DNA from: Trichodelitschia bisporula
Lineage: Eukaryota
DNA length: 64,000 bases
NCBI GenBank assembly: GCA_010356995.1
Contig: ML996687.1
Coordinates: 1,737,803 to 1,801,802 of the forward strand
Reading direction: 5' to 3'
This document shows positions 36,850-49,382 of the stretch, one piece after another; the stretch's first letter is position 1, and every line of letters starts with the position of its first letter. The notes beneath the pieces were generated by a model that saw only the letters and a list, made by a program, of their open reading frames with translations, was not told the origin of the DNA and did no database searches. Both the position numbers and the translations under genes were made by a program.

Positions 36850-37203
36850 CTAGAAGCCTCGAGGACTGATACGGCCGTCTTTAGGGCCGGTACCGGAGCG
36901 CGACTTGACTATTTGAGAGAAGAGAAGGGTGCCGGAGGCGAAGATGAGGACAAAAGGCCAGGCGCGGATGGGTGATGGCTTTTTGGCTGCTCGGGGTGGG
37001 GAAGGGCGGACTGGCGGTACAGATGGGCTGGCGCTACTACTGGGGGAGCTGTATGCGCCCTTGAGCTGCTGATTGTTTTGGTGTGACAACGACCAGTGTG
37101 ACGAGGCCGAAAATGTTCGCGGAGCAAAGATAGTAAGAGCTGAATAGAAGGATGATGAAGGTACAAGGGGCGAGAAGACTTTGCGAGCAGGCGGCATGAT
37201 CAT
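36850..37203 (-). CDS. Small putative mitochondrial single-pass membrane protein immediately upstream of URA6
   Basis: 117-aa ORF with an S/R-rich N-terminus free of acidic residues (presequence-like), a Pro-rich linker, one TM helix (WPFVLIFASGTLLFSQIV) and a basic tail. Confidence 0.65.
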   Translation of the reverse strand: MIMPPARKVFSPLVPSSSFYSALTIFAPRTFSASSHWSLSHQNNQQLKGAYSSPSSSASPSVPPVRPSPPRAAKKPSPIRAWPFVLIFASGTLLFSQIVKSRSGTGPKDGRISPRGF

Positions 37204-37598
37204 GTTCTACAGTCTGCAAGACCCTTGGAGGCGTCGAATCTTGAGGGGTCGTTGCGGTGGCAGGCGGGGTCCTGCACGTTGGCTAGCAAAGCTTTTGAGA
37301 GGGGCCAAGGCCAACCCAAAGACCCAGGGAAAGGCCGGGAGTGGGTCCATCCCGCGTCCTCCTGTGCATCCGGAACATGTGCTATGGTTCACCTGTGGTC
37401 AATACACGGATGTAGCAGAAGGTGACCATGGAATAATGCAGCGCGTGGTGTTCACGTTTGAAGGCGTTACTCGTTTGGAGGCGTTCTCATTACGGTAGGT
37501 ATCTACATCTATGTCACATGAAAAACCCCTCAAGGCTCAATGGCAGCATCCCATCATACAAAGCAGATTCCCATGTTCGCCCTTGCCGTTCGAAAACC

Positions 37599-38805
37599 CT
37601 ATTGCGCCTCCATCTTGTCCAACACGGCGCGCGTAAACTCGTGGGTCGTGGCCGTGCCAGACATATCCCGGGTACGGCTCTTGCCCTCGGCAATCACGTC
37701 ATACACAGCCTTTGAGATGCGGTTGGCATGGTCGTCGAGTCCAACGTGACGCAGCATCATCGACGCGGAGAGCAGCATGGCCGACGGGTTGGCCTGGTCC
37801 TTGCCCTTGATGTCCAAGCCGACGTGACGGCAACCCGGCTCAAACACGGCGATTTCACGGCCAATGTTGCACCCGGGAACAATGCCCGGGCCGCCAACCA
37901 GCCCGGCACCAATGTTGGAAAGGATGCCGCCGTACAAGTTCGGCATGACCATGACGTCAAACTGCTGCGGCCGCGAGACGCACTGCATGGAAGCATTGTC
38001 GACAATCATGTCGTTCGTCTCGAGAGTCGGGTAGTCCTCGGCGACCTTCTTGAAGGTGTTGCGGAAGAGGCCGTCCGTGAGCTTCATGATGTTGGCCTTG
38101 TGTATGCAGGTGACCTTCTTGCGGTTGTTGGCAAGAGCAAACGCAAACGCAAACTTCGCGATGCGCTCGGATTTGGCCCGCGTGATGATCTTGAGCGACT
38201 CAACGACGCCGCTCACGGACTGGTGCTCCAGACCAGAGTACTCGCCCTCGGTATTCTCACGGATGATACAGAGATCCACATTCTTGTGGCGGGTCTCGTA
38301 CCCAGGAATGTTCTTGATGAGCACGATCGAGGCATAGATATCGAGCTCCTGGCGCAGGGCGACGTTGAAGGACTGGTGACCGGACCGCTCGACAGGAGTA
38401 TGAAGGATCCCTAAAATCACGCATTCAGCAAGTGTCGGCACTAGCCGGAAGAGTGGACAAACCTTTCAGGCCGATCTTGTTACGCTTCAGAGAAGCAATT
38501 GACTCTCTGAAGAGCTCCTCAGAGTGCTTATCGCCCGTCTCCATGCCCGACACATCCACCTGCTCCCACTCGACGGGCACGTTGTCCGCCTTGAAGATCT
38601 CCTTGACCGACTCCGACACTTCGGCACCAATGCCATCACCGGGAATGAGCGTTACTGTGTACTTGCCGCCGAACTTGGTGGGCTTAAAGATGTCGGCCGA
38701 TACGGTGGCATAGTTTCTGATAGGCGACGCGGCGCTCTTTGCGCATTGGAGGCCAAGAGCGGACGACTGCGCTGCGGCGCGCAGAACATGGCGAGAGGAG
38801 AGCAT
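37599..38805 (-). CDS. IDH1: NAD-dependent isocitrate dehydrogenase subunit 1, mitochondrial
   Basis: Presequence, GGKYTVTLIPGDGIG, SFNVALRQELDIYA and FEPGCRHVGLDIKG (regulatory-subunit signature). Intron 38411-38462. Confidence 0.95.
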
Positions 38806-39473
38806 TGCGGAGACGTAGACGTGGCAGTTTTGGAGCCCGGTGTGTTCCTGAGTGTAGAATCGCTGTTCCTCAAGTAGGGGTGGGAGGTGATGATGGAGGA
38901 GAGGAGGGGAAAATTGGAGGGGTGTTCAGGAATGACGGGTTGTGCTGTGTGGCCGGCGCGATGGAGCTTGGAAAAGCAAGTTGAGGCTTGGTCTGGCGGG
39001 GCGGCAGGGCGTGGGGGGCCATGGGCTATGTAAAAGAAGTCATGTCACCCCCATTCAATATTGTGGCCTCTTTTTGCCAATATCTTAGCCGAGCAAGACG
39101 CAGCGGCTACCTGGGAGGGGTGACATGACTTTTCCTATAGACCTTGCCAGCAGCTTCCACTTTTTAGATCACTACACCACAATCCTAAGTCAATGTTCCA
39201 GCCAGAGGCCTCCCTATTCAGACTCGTACTTGGTGGCAACATTCCATCGCGTCTCCAGGATGTTCCGAAGCATACCACAGTACTCTGGTCTTGCGTTAAG
39301 TCGGATGCATATATATATACCTCCAAATACCCTATCGTATGTGGCTTGGCAAGTATGAAAATGTGATCCTAATCACGTGGCAATATGGTTCTGTCAAACT
39401 TGGTCGACGCGAAATCTTTAACTCACCACCAGAACCAACATTCAAGTCAATTCACTTCTTTTCATATCTAATT

Positions 39474-40129
39474 ATGGGAACTGAGTTTGTCTCCACAGCC
39501 GACAAAAACACCGGCGCAATGGTGGACTATGACGTCGAGAAAGGCGCAGACGAAGGTGCGATTATATCTTTCCTATATGAATTGCTGGCTGATCGAAAAT
39601 AGCAACTACCAGCTTCGCCGACGCCTATCACTCGGCACTGAATGGCTCGAAGGACACCATCACAACATTTTATGTCCGCAAAAATACTGATCCAAGCGGC
39701 AAACTTGTACCAGAGATCCTATGGAACGGGGCCCTCTTCACAGATCCCGAGGAATTCACGAAGATGATCAAAAGCGGCATGCCGACAAACCACCGCTTTA
39801 CTGTCCAAACGGTCGACTGCCATATCCTTAAAGAAAACTATCATCCCGATCCCCCCGATCGCAAACTCAAGCCGGAAAAGAACATGTCCATTCTTGCAAT
39901 GATTAGCGGCAACTTGAGGCTTGGTGATTCGAACTCCACTGAGCGGATTGAATTCAACCAGACCGTTGTCCTCGTGCCCAATCTCGATAAACTCCTCGGA
40001 GTGGGGGCTGGCGTCAGAGGGCTTGGCCTCAGCAAGAGAGCGTGGCTGATCGAAAGCCAGATCTTTCGCTACGTTGTGATTCCCGAATCCGCTGCCACAG
40101 CGGCCCTGGCATCCATGGAAGTTGAATGA
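39474..40129 (+). CDS. NXT1: NTF2-fold mRNA export factor (Nxt1/Mtr2-like)
   Basis: Only partly visible in the ORF track. Exon 1 39474-39555, intron 39556-39602, then ATTSFADAYHSALN..ILWNG..TVQTVDCH..ISGNLRLG..FNQTVVLVPN..WLIESQIFRYV. Confidence 0.78.
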
Positions 40130-40497
40130 AGCCATCCCTTTCAGCACCGGTGACAATGGGAAAATGTCATCCATTACAGGCATTCTGGCGAAACTCCAAT
40201 TGAGGGCCAAGGACGTCCGATGCGGGCTGGATGCGTAAGCTTCAGCCGAACATTTCTCGACTGGTGGAAATCTATGTCTGCGAAATCTTAGTCGATCTCT
40301 CGGCACATGCACCGCAGACCGGACCTCAAGGAGTTGATTAGTACATGGCTTGAATTGAAGGATACAGGTGATGCCACTAGAAGGAAATAGGAAACAGTGC
40401 ATGATCTATCATAACATATGCTAATTAGACAGAAGGACGTGCTTTTCAATTCTCCCCCTTTCCATGCCGTACTGCTGCGATTTTGGAAGTAATCCAC

Positions 40498-42232
40498 TTA
40501 GAGCTTGAGTTGATATCTCGGGCTTGTGCGCACGCGTTCTCCATATTTGGAAAAGAACAGAGGGACCGGTATCATGGCCATCGCAATGAATCCAAGCAAG
40601 CTGTTTCCCCAGCCATATCCAAGCTTCTCATACATTTTGAGTCCAGAGAGGGGGAGCAATCCGCCAAAGAGAGAGCGCAGGACAGTGTTGGCAGCGACAG
40701 CAGACGCAGCGTACATGACATAGCAGTCGATGAGGTACGTCTGGATTGTCATCTGTCAAATGCGTTAGTAACAGAAGTAGAGGGCGTGCCGGGGAATACG
40801 CACAAAGATGGTTAGCAGACCATAGCCGATCATCATGGTTCCGATCATTGGGACTATCCAATGTACGTGATACTGGACCGTCCAGCCGTAGAGGAAGATC
40901 CCGGCCGGGTAAAGGATGATGCCAGGTAAAAGAAGCGGAATTGGGATTCTGTGTTCAGGCTTGATGGGCTTCCCTGCTTCCTGGCGCCTTTTAATCACCC
41001 TGTCACTGAAGTACCCCATAACCCCGAGGGCGATGATCATGCCAATCCCAATTGGAAGGTATGTCAACCCGATCTGACCAGACGTGAAATGGTAAAGATT
41101 CTGGAAGACGAAGGAAAAGGTCGTGAACAAAAAGTATAGGATCCCGTACGCAAAAGCTGTGTAGACGCAGAGGATCGAGACCAGCGGGGACAACAGCAGC
41201 ATTTTGGTTGGACGAACAATGCTGCGCCAAAAGAGCTGCTTGGCTGTGATGCCTTCGTCGTACTTGGACCGCAAGGCCATGTTTCCCGTCGCTTTGCGCA
41301 AACGCGCAGCCTTTCGGGCAAGGATAACCGGTGCGTACGACTCCCGCATCAGGACAAATGAAAGAACTGTCGCCACGCCCGACTTTCGGAGGTTAGTTAC
41401 TTCCGTCAGTGGAGCGATATCAAACTTACCACGATGGCTAGGAGCCAATATACCCAACGCCAACCGATGGATTCTACCATGTACCCTCCCGCAATCGGGC
41501 CAACAACAGGTCCGATCATTGGGCCCATAGCGTATAACGCCATAGCCTTGCCTCTTCGCTCAACAGGCATCATATCTGCAATGGTACCCCCTCCAAGAGT
41601 CAATGGCGCTACTCCAGCGCACCCCATGAGAAAACGGAATCCAATCAGCTGGCCAATGTCTTTGGCCAGTGCGCAGGCAACGGAAAAGATAACGAAAAGG
41701 ACGTTGCAAATGGCGTATAGCGGCGCTCTACCATACATTTCACTCAAAGGCGCGACAAGGAGGGGGCCGAAAGCGAAGCCGAGTAGGTACACCGAGACTA
41801 CGAAAGTTGCCAACATCTCGCTGTCCGATTTGAGTTCACGCATAACCTCCGGGACGCCTGGAGCGAACATGGATGATGCAAGAGGTCTGTGGGCTGGATA
41901 AGCATGTTTCCCAAGTTCGAGGTATACACTTACGTGACCAGCGTGATGAAGGCAACGATGCCGATATTTCCCCATTTGATCCATTCGGGCCAGTTCAGGG
42001 GGTTCTCGGGGTCTTGATCTTCAGGCTGCTCCCAGCTGACGATGTTCGGGTCATTATCCTCGGTGCTGGGCTCTCCTCTTTCCTCATCCGTTCCTTTCTC
42101 AGTCCGATAAGTCCCTAAGTTTGAAGGAATGTCCGCATCATGTCCTTCCTGGAGGGCCAATTTCAGATGCTCGTCTTTCAAGTCATCGGCGCTAAAGGTG
42201 GGGTTCTGAAATTCCCCCGGCAAGGCTGACAT
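40498..42232 (-). CDS. MFS drug:H+ antiporter, DHA1 family
   Basis: DPENPLNWP, PLASSMFAPG, APLSEMYGR, GGTIADM, GPVVGPIAGG, ESYAPVIL and PEHRI motifs. Three coding introns (about 41883-41933, 41383-41430, 40753-40803) plus a probable 5'UTR intron 42236-42417. Confidence 0.9.
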
Positions 42233-43294
42233 TGCCTGCGGAAGCCATGGTCAGCCACTTCTCTGGTTTAGGGACAGCCTCAAGGTTCTATCAAACTTGA
42301 GGATGATTGGCAGCTGAGCACTAAAGCGACCATAGTAGGGCACGAAAGTTCGTTAAGGAAGTGACCATAATAACGCCTGGGTTCTCGTAGAGCTCGCAGA
42401 AAATGAGATTAACTTACAAGGTAGTCAACCAGGTAGAACAAATTAGCTACTCAATTAATGGTCCCAAAAACCGGGTCGTAAGTAGACGGAAGTCGAGCCA
42501 AATTCCACGATATGTCTCACAACTGAGCGGATAAATTTCTTAGAAGAAAACAGTCGAGGTGACTCGGCTTCCATCTTAACTCCCTTCAACGAGGCTGCTG
42601 TTCGCAACTTGTTCTCGGGAGAGCCAGGGGGATGCATCCGATTCACAAAGTTATGTACGGTACACTTAGATTCCAACGTCGCATGCCGCCGCTGCACGGC
42701 GCTGGGTGGCCCTAGCTACCTGGTAGTTATGTATTTGCGACTCTTTTGCATCCGATGCATATCAAGCGAGGGTCAACTCGATGCAATTGGGCACGAGAAC
42801 CTGCCCGAGGTCGGTGCAGTCTTGCTCCCCTTGTTCCAGGAAAGCCTCAAAAGTCGAAACCTGGACTCCGGGGAAGAGACAGTTGCATGTATGCCGGTTC
42901 AATTCCGCGCGCGTGACGGACACGACAGGTGTCGGCGGCTCTAGGTTGTGCATCGTTTTATGTCGTTGATCGCACAAAAGCCAAAAAGGTTGATGCCCCA
43001 GCACATCTCTGGTGGCGCGTGTTCCAGAAGAGCCTCGACACCCAAGCCGCTTCCTCATCCCCGGTTGACGATCGGAGAATGTGGAACTTGAAGGCATCTT
43101 GAATCGGGTGCTGGCAGCTGGGGAAGCTGCGGTTCCGTGGGTCGGTTGCTGCTTCCGTCTCAACCTAGTTCCAGTTCTAGAACTAACCTTAGCAGGGATC
43201 TCCCCGCATTCTGAGAATGCTCAAGCTTCTATCTCTCTCAATCAACCTCCATCACATTTCAATCCCTTCGGTCTCGAGTCTTGAATGACTGAAG

Positions 43295-46200
43295 ATGGCC
43301 ACGGCGCTTCTTGAGGCTCTTCGAGCTAGGCCACCTCCCGATGACTATGACCTCCAGCGGCGGTTGAAGCTCTTTGCGGTAGGATATTTCTGTGCCTTTT
43401 GTCAGTTCCCGAGCTGACCGCTGGATGCTAAGGCAAAACCTCCCATGATCATAGAAGCCGACGCTGCCTCTTCCGTGGCCGAAGAACTACTTGCCTACTT
43501 CTTGGATCAAAGCAATCCCGCATCCATCCGTCGATGGGTACGTTCGGCCCGTTGCATCTCAGAAATCTAACTTACAGTGAGCAGGTTGGCAACCTCGTCG
43601 GAACTCTCGTTTCCCATTCACGGGAAGTCAGAAGTCATGTTTTGAGCTTGAAAACTCAGCTTGCTCCGCTTGGCCCTCTTGTCTTCTCTGATGACGATGA
43701 TGTAAAGATCGCGGCAGCCTTTATTATCGATCGTCTATGCAAGAAAAACACACCTTGGAATTTGTTCTGGCCGCAAGCAAAAATGAAGGCCCAAAATATT
43801 CAGGGCGTTACCCTCAGGGACGGCCAAACGTGGATTCAGAGAGTCAAGGCATTCGTCGAAGCCATACGGGACGCAGAAAAGATGCCAGAGTAAGTGACTC
43901 CACCTATGACGAATCTCCAGTTCACCAATAGCTAGGGGCTTCCAGTCACGGCCGGTTGATGCCATCGAATTGAACAACAAAGACTTCATGAAAGCCATTG
44001 ACTATGACATATTTCTTGCCATCCACAGGGACGTTACACTAATTATCCTAGCACCAGGCGGACTGGAACTCCTTGACATCCCATTCAGCAAGATTAGCTC
44101 GTGTCAGTCAAAGGAAGCCAGATTGCAACCACTGGCTGGCTCGGCTTCTGCCGATACCGCCGGCATCAGCCAAAAGAGTGTCCGCATTCCACAACTGGTG
44201 CTAAACATGGCTGAAGAAGGTAACTGGAATTACCGCCTAAACGCAGTAGGCCGTACGGCCGAAACTGTGACCCTTTCCCTGCGGAGCATGGATGCCGTAA
44301 CGGACGCCATGGATGAAATAGTGAAGCGAGGCGATCTGCTGAACCGGCCGAAGGTATCAAATAGCCAGCCTCTGGATGTCAGCTGCAGTTCCAGCCGGAA
44401 TTCAATGGCACCAGCGTCCAGTGATCAACTAGGAGTAGCAGCGAGTAGCCGTTCTAAGCCGGATGCGCGCCTCACTCGGTCTCAGGCCGGCAAGCTGAAA
44501 TCGTTGGCTCAAGGAACGTCGAGCACCCTAAAGTCCCCTCAGCCGGTAGGTAGTCTCAATCGATTTGAGGACTTAGAGGTCGGGGAACCCGAAGTTTCTT
44601 CCAAGTCCAAGCTTGGGCCGTTACGAACTGGTGCGAGTGGAAGTTCCTTGGCCGGTCAAGGGAAGCTGGTAAAGCGCAAAGTACAGGCTTCATCATTAAC
44701 CACTACGAAAAAGTCGAAGCTGTGTCATCCTTTGAAGTCACCAAACCCGGCTTCTCAGCGACCATCCGGGCTTCGATCAGGAGCGCCGCCTCACAATGAT
44801 GCGTCCGACATTTGGGACGTTCCGAATGAGTCCGCTTCAGAGCATGAGGAGCCTTCCAAGGCAAAGAAACGTGGGATGGATCACCGGACAGCCAAAGACA
44901 AACCTCAAAATCCAGTCCAGTCAAGCAAGGGAGGTGGGAAAGGCGCTGGGAAGAGCAAAGGAAAGCGCAGTGGCAAGAGTGGCGGCAAGAGCAGCGGGAA
45001 AGTCGACATGAAGGGCGACGTGGAGAGCAGTGGAAAGAACAGTGCAAAGAAGAGCAAGACTGCCGCGCCGTTGACCACGTCAGTTGAACAAAAGCAGGTC
45101 ATTGGGCCACAGCCTCAGGCTACACAGGCCAAACCGCACAGTTCACTGCCGAAGGAACCTGAAATTGAGAGCCCAGAACCAGAGGAGAATGAGCTGGTTC
45201 AAATTGAGGACAGCTTTCCGCTGGATGAACCCGTCCGGACCGGATCTATCGCTGCCGGCGCTGACTTCTTTTCAGGCTCAGCAACAGTTGCCCTGGAATT
45301 GGAAGCCCAGCCGCCTATGATTTCCGAGAGCATCGATGGACCTCCTGTGCTGGCGCTTCAGCCGTCCAAGGACGGGAACAGCGTCGCTAACTGTCCCTCA
45401 GGACTAGGTGCATCAGGGGGGTGTCAAAATGATGCCATTCATATAGAGTCAAGCTCTGAAGAAAGCGAAGATGAGGTGGAGTCACAGCATATCGAGGAAA
45501 CGCCGCGCCGACCATCGCATCATCCTTCTAAAGCTCCAGAGCGGGGAAGCTCGGTTGCGCGTTGTCAATCCCCACTTGTAGATGTCCAGTCGGCTCGTAA
45601 ACCAGCACTTGTGAGCTTCGGTCCCCAAGGGCCTCGGAACCAAGGTGTGATGTCGAGTGGCCGCAAAACGCGCATTCGAGTTGACCCCCCAGCTGCAGCA
45701 CCGCCCAGGCCCAAATTTTGGCCGGACAAGGCTGTCTCGAAGCGACAGCTGGCATTAGCAGACTCTTCCTCCTGCTTGTCAACCCCAGCGCAACTAAAAG
45801 CCGTGCTCCCAGAGAAGCGAAAGGTAGACGAGGGTTATGCGACTCAGTCCAAGCGGAGAATGCTTCAGGAGCCAGCTGATGAGGATGCAACTGCCTCACC
45901 TTTCGTGAGTATCGATGCTGCCCAACCATCCGCATTACAACGGTCCTTTTCGGTCAATGAACAGGGTAGCCCGATTCCTAACGATGCCTTGATCGGTATT
46001 CCTCCGAGGTCAAGCTCACCTGACCTGATTAATACCGTCGGAGCGCCATCAGAACCGGAGGTCATGGAGGAGGCACCCTCAGCCTCGCCCATTCAAAACA
46101 GGAGGCGTTCGGCCACACCTCCCAAAACCGATTTCCAACCTGGCCTCGATATTATTGAGCCTCTGGTTTCGCGTGGCAAAGGTCAGCGACGCTCTAATAC

Positions 46201-47435
46201 ACTGCTTAACACGGATCCCGGTCCAAATCTGGGAGTAAAGCAGGTTTCAAGCGTGGAGACAACGACTCCGCAAGCTGGTAAGACGAAACCTGCGATCAGC
46301 CTCATGGAAGTGCAGAACGATGTGATGAAGGTACCGGAGCAGAGAGTACACTTTCGGGAGGGCACTATACCGGTTCAGGGAGGTACGACAGAGGTTGAGG
46401 TGGATACGGTACAACTTAAGCCAGCGGAAAAGCCGAGCATCGTTACTCCACGGCGTCCCCTGGTTGCTCCACAGCGATTATTCAACGCTCACATCGAACT
46501 GGATCGCTTGCGGAATACACGTGAGGAGGGCAAAGATCGCGAGGAGCTCGGCAAAAAGAAGGATCCCGACGCTGAGCGCCGCAAGAGGAAGGCTTTCGAT
46601 ACCGACCGCCACTGTGATCAGACTCCTTCTGCTAAGTCGAAGTTCCGCAAGACCTCTCTTGACCGCATCGATGCTTTCTCACTGGTTCAGCCACCGACGG
46701 TTCCCAAGTTACAGGTCAGGACTAAGCAGCCCATTGCCCCGACCGATGCAGCCTCGCATGAGGAGGCTGTTGAGAACAGAGGAGAAGAGGAGAAAGCCCC
46801 TTCCTTGTTGCAAACTCTCATGTCACGCATCGCGGATGCTAAGCCGGAAGCTACCAACGAGACGGGGAGCGAGAGCCTCATGGCTGGTGATAGAGTCTTG
46901 ACTCCAGCGGAAGAATGGATCCACGTCACATCTGGCTCCGACTCTGCTTCTGACTCAGCCGATGAGACCGAACCCGAAGAAAATGAAGCCGACGAAATGG
47001 TCTGGAAATATGTGGTCGCTCCACGCCACCAGGGATTCCACGATGTCATGATGCATCTCACGCGAGTAAGCATCTCCACTTATTAAAGATCTGGAATCAA
47101 AGAGCTTCTGCTGACAATATCGATGACAGCGTGCTCTTACACATCTTGCGGATTCTGAGACTGCGGTCAATGACATTGTCGATGACTATTGTCACGACGG
47201 ACTGCGTCTTGTTGAGGACATGGAAGTGATGCACGATGAGAAATCTCAAGATGTAGACACCAAACTCAGCACATCGGCAAGCCTGCTAGCAGCAAAATTT
47301 CGGGCATCCACGAAGAAGCTTCAGAGCATCGAGCAAGCTGTTACAGGCGAGTCTGTTACTGAGCACTTTGAGGCCAGCCAGAACCTTGTAAAGGACCAAA
47401 TCGCCGCTCTGAAGTCGTTGAGGAGCACTAGGTAG
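43295..47435 (+). CDS. Large hypothetical protein: folded N-terminus, long disordered middle, helical/coiled-coil C-terminus (candidate meiotic axis protein)
   Basis: ATG 43295. In-frame introns 43379-43432, 43538-43584, 43890-43935 (or -43920) and 47066-47129 link the ORF-track pieces. The 3' end is somewhat uncertain. Confidence 0.72.
44925..45055 (+). repeat. Degenerate 12-bp coding repeat (xxGK units)
   Basis: Encodes KGGGKGAGKSKGKRSGKSGGKSSGK; GG(C/G/A)AA(G/A) recurs every 12 nt. Confidence 0.6.
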
Positions 47436-47767
47436 TTTAGTATGCTAACCGACCAGATTCAAAGAGCAGAGAGTGTTTAGCTTGCATGCATTAACAACTC
47501 GATTGATCCAAGGTTTTTCCTGAAGATTCACGTGCACGATGCCTTTTGCTGAAACGTCATCGGGCGGCAGACAGCCCAGCCCCGCGTTCCCTGTCACAAG
47601 GTGGAGGAACCCCGCGCGGCTCGTTTGCATCCCCCCACATGGAACCTGCGCCTCCTCCCGCATTTAGTACTCCATAGGCACGACGGCTCCCCAAGTCTTT
47701 CTCAACCCCTCTATTCCTAACTTCGAATCGATAGCCCGTTTGTCGCAACAGTGCTTGTCAGCCAGCC

Positions 47768-49079
47768 ATGTCTGGTTTCCATCCTTTCGGCGGCCGAGTC
47801 AGTAGGCGCTTCGGTGACCATGTAAGGAACTCCGCATTAGGTCCCGGCCCCATCGGAGCTGCTGGACGGTAGACCTTCGCTGCAAGTGTCGCTTCCAATA
47901 CGAGGCTGTGGGCGCGATTGCCTTGTTACACAGCTGAAAGCGGCTCAACCGTGACGATGGCTATTTCATGCGCGGAGGAGTGCATCTGCCCAAGCCTCTG
48001 TATTGCGACGTCTACCTCGATATTCCCGGCATCATGTTCCATTTCAAGGAGCAAGAGGTCGCTGACTTGTTATTTGCTATGCAGTTGGCGCCGGAAGAGG
48101 CGTACCTTAGTTGTAGGCTGACCTCAGCCCTTCCCGTTCGGTGTGCTAACTCCACCCTAGATCACGACATACGCTGTATGTATGCTGGCCCAGGCCTCTC
48201 TCCTCCTCCCTCTGGCCCTTCTAACGGGTTAAAGTAACACAATTGGACATCGACGCGATTCGAGACGACTGGTTGACAGACAACGTCGGTTCTGCCTCAC
48301 AGCCGTGTACTATGAGCTTAGCTGACATGCGAACAGGGCATTGCCTTCTGGGAGGAGTCTGTCTATCTTCCGTCTTGCCCGCGTGCTTCACTCATCTTTT
48401 CCCGGTTCTAGATACCTTGAGCATGAATACCTCAATAAAAATCCGCGCTCGAAGATCATCCTCCTCCGACCGTCCATGTCCTTTCTGCTCATGCAGACGT
48501 CGGACCCTTTGACGCTTAAATCTGCCCTCCCCGACTTCAGTACCTCGACACACATCTTTCTCCCCGTGAATAACGCCAGCGAGGTTGAGGTCGCGGAGGC
48601 CGGGTCTCATTGGTCGCTTCTGCTGGTCAGTGTCATCGATGCCGTGGCCTTCCACTACGACAGCCTGGGCAATGACAACGAGCGACACGCACATACAGTT
48701 TGCGACAAACTGGAAGTCTTGCTCGGGCTACGGCTGCGCTTTTTGCACATGAGAGATGCGCCGCAGCAGGAGAATGGCAGCGATTGCGGCGTTTTCGTCT
48801 GCATGGTCATGAAGCACCTGCTACTCGACAGGCTGCTGACTGCTGAGGCGGAAGACAAGGTCAATATGACAATGAGAGACCATTTTGTAAATGCCAATGG
48901 TGGGAGGAAAGAGATACTAAAGGTGGCGGAGAAGTTCCGGAAGGAAGGAGAGAGGCGAAGATCGTAGGTCCTGCCACATAGTGAACCGCGAACAGAGGCT
49001 GATTCATCGAAGACGAAGTGCAAGTCCGTTCGGAAAATCGGAGAGGTCGAAGTCACCGCCCCGGATCGGAGATGATTAG
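47768..49079 (+). CDS. denA: NEDD8-specific protease (SENP8/DEN1, Ulp1 C48 family); 7 exons
   Basis: Exons 47768-47821, 48085-48112, 48161-48175, 48235-48284, 48337-48356, 48412-48963 and about 49013-49079 splice to AYLSYHDIRL..DWLTDNGIAFWEEYL. Catalytic motifs GSHWSLL, HYDS and QQENGSDCGVF. Confidence 0.9.
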
Positions 49080-49382
49080 GAATGGTAGCGGCGAGTTGCG
49101 TCGTTGTTTCCCTTCCCTAACCCTCTTCATACCACAATTCCACGAGAAATGGCCGGCATAGGCGGGCGTTTACCCCGTCTTATAGACTGTTCGAAGCATT
49201 GTATCTCAACAAGCTGCACATAATTGCTGGTGTGTAAATCCTAGCTTTATGTTCATCACGCAAAATTTGAGATTGTTACCCGTCCCACGCTCGCCTGAGA
49301 AGTATTATACACGAGTTAGAAACGCTCCAACCAATTCATCCACTGGCAGTGATCTACCCCATTACGGCCAGTTCTTTGATTG

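Noticed and set aside
39719..40402. 227-aa minus-strand ORF
   Set aside because: It is antisense to the NXT1-like gene, which has the convincing motifs and splice signals.
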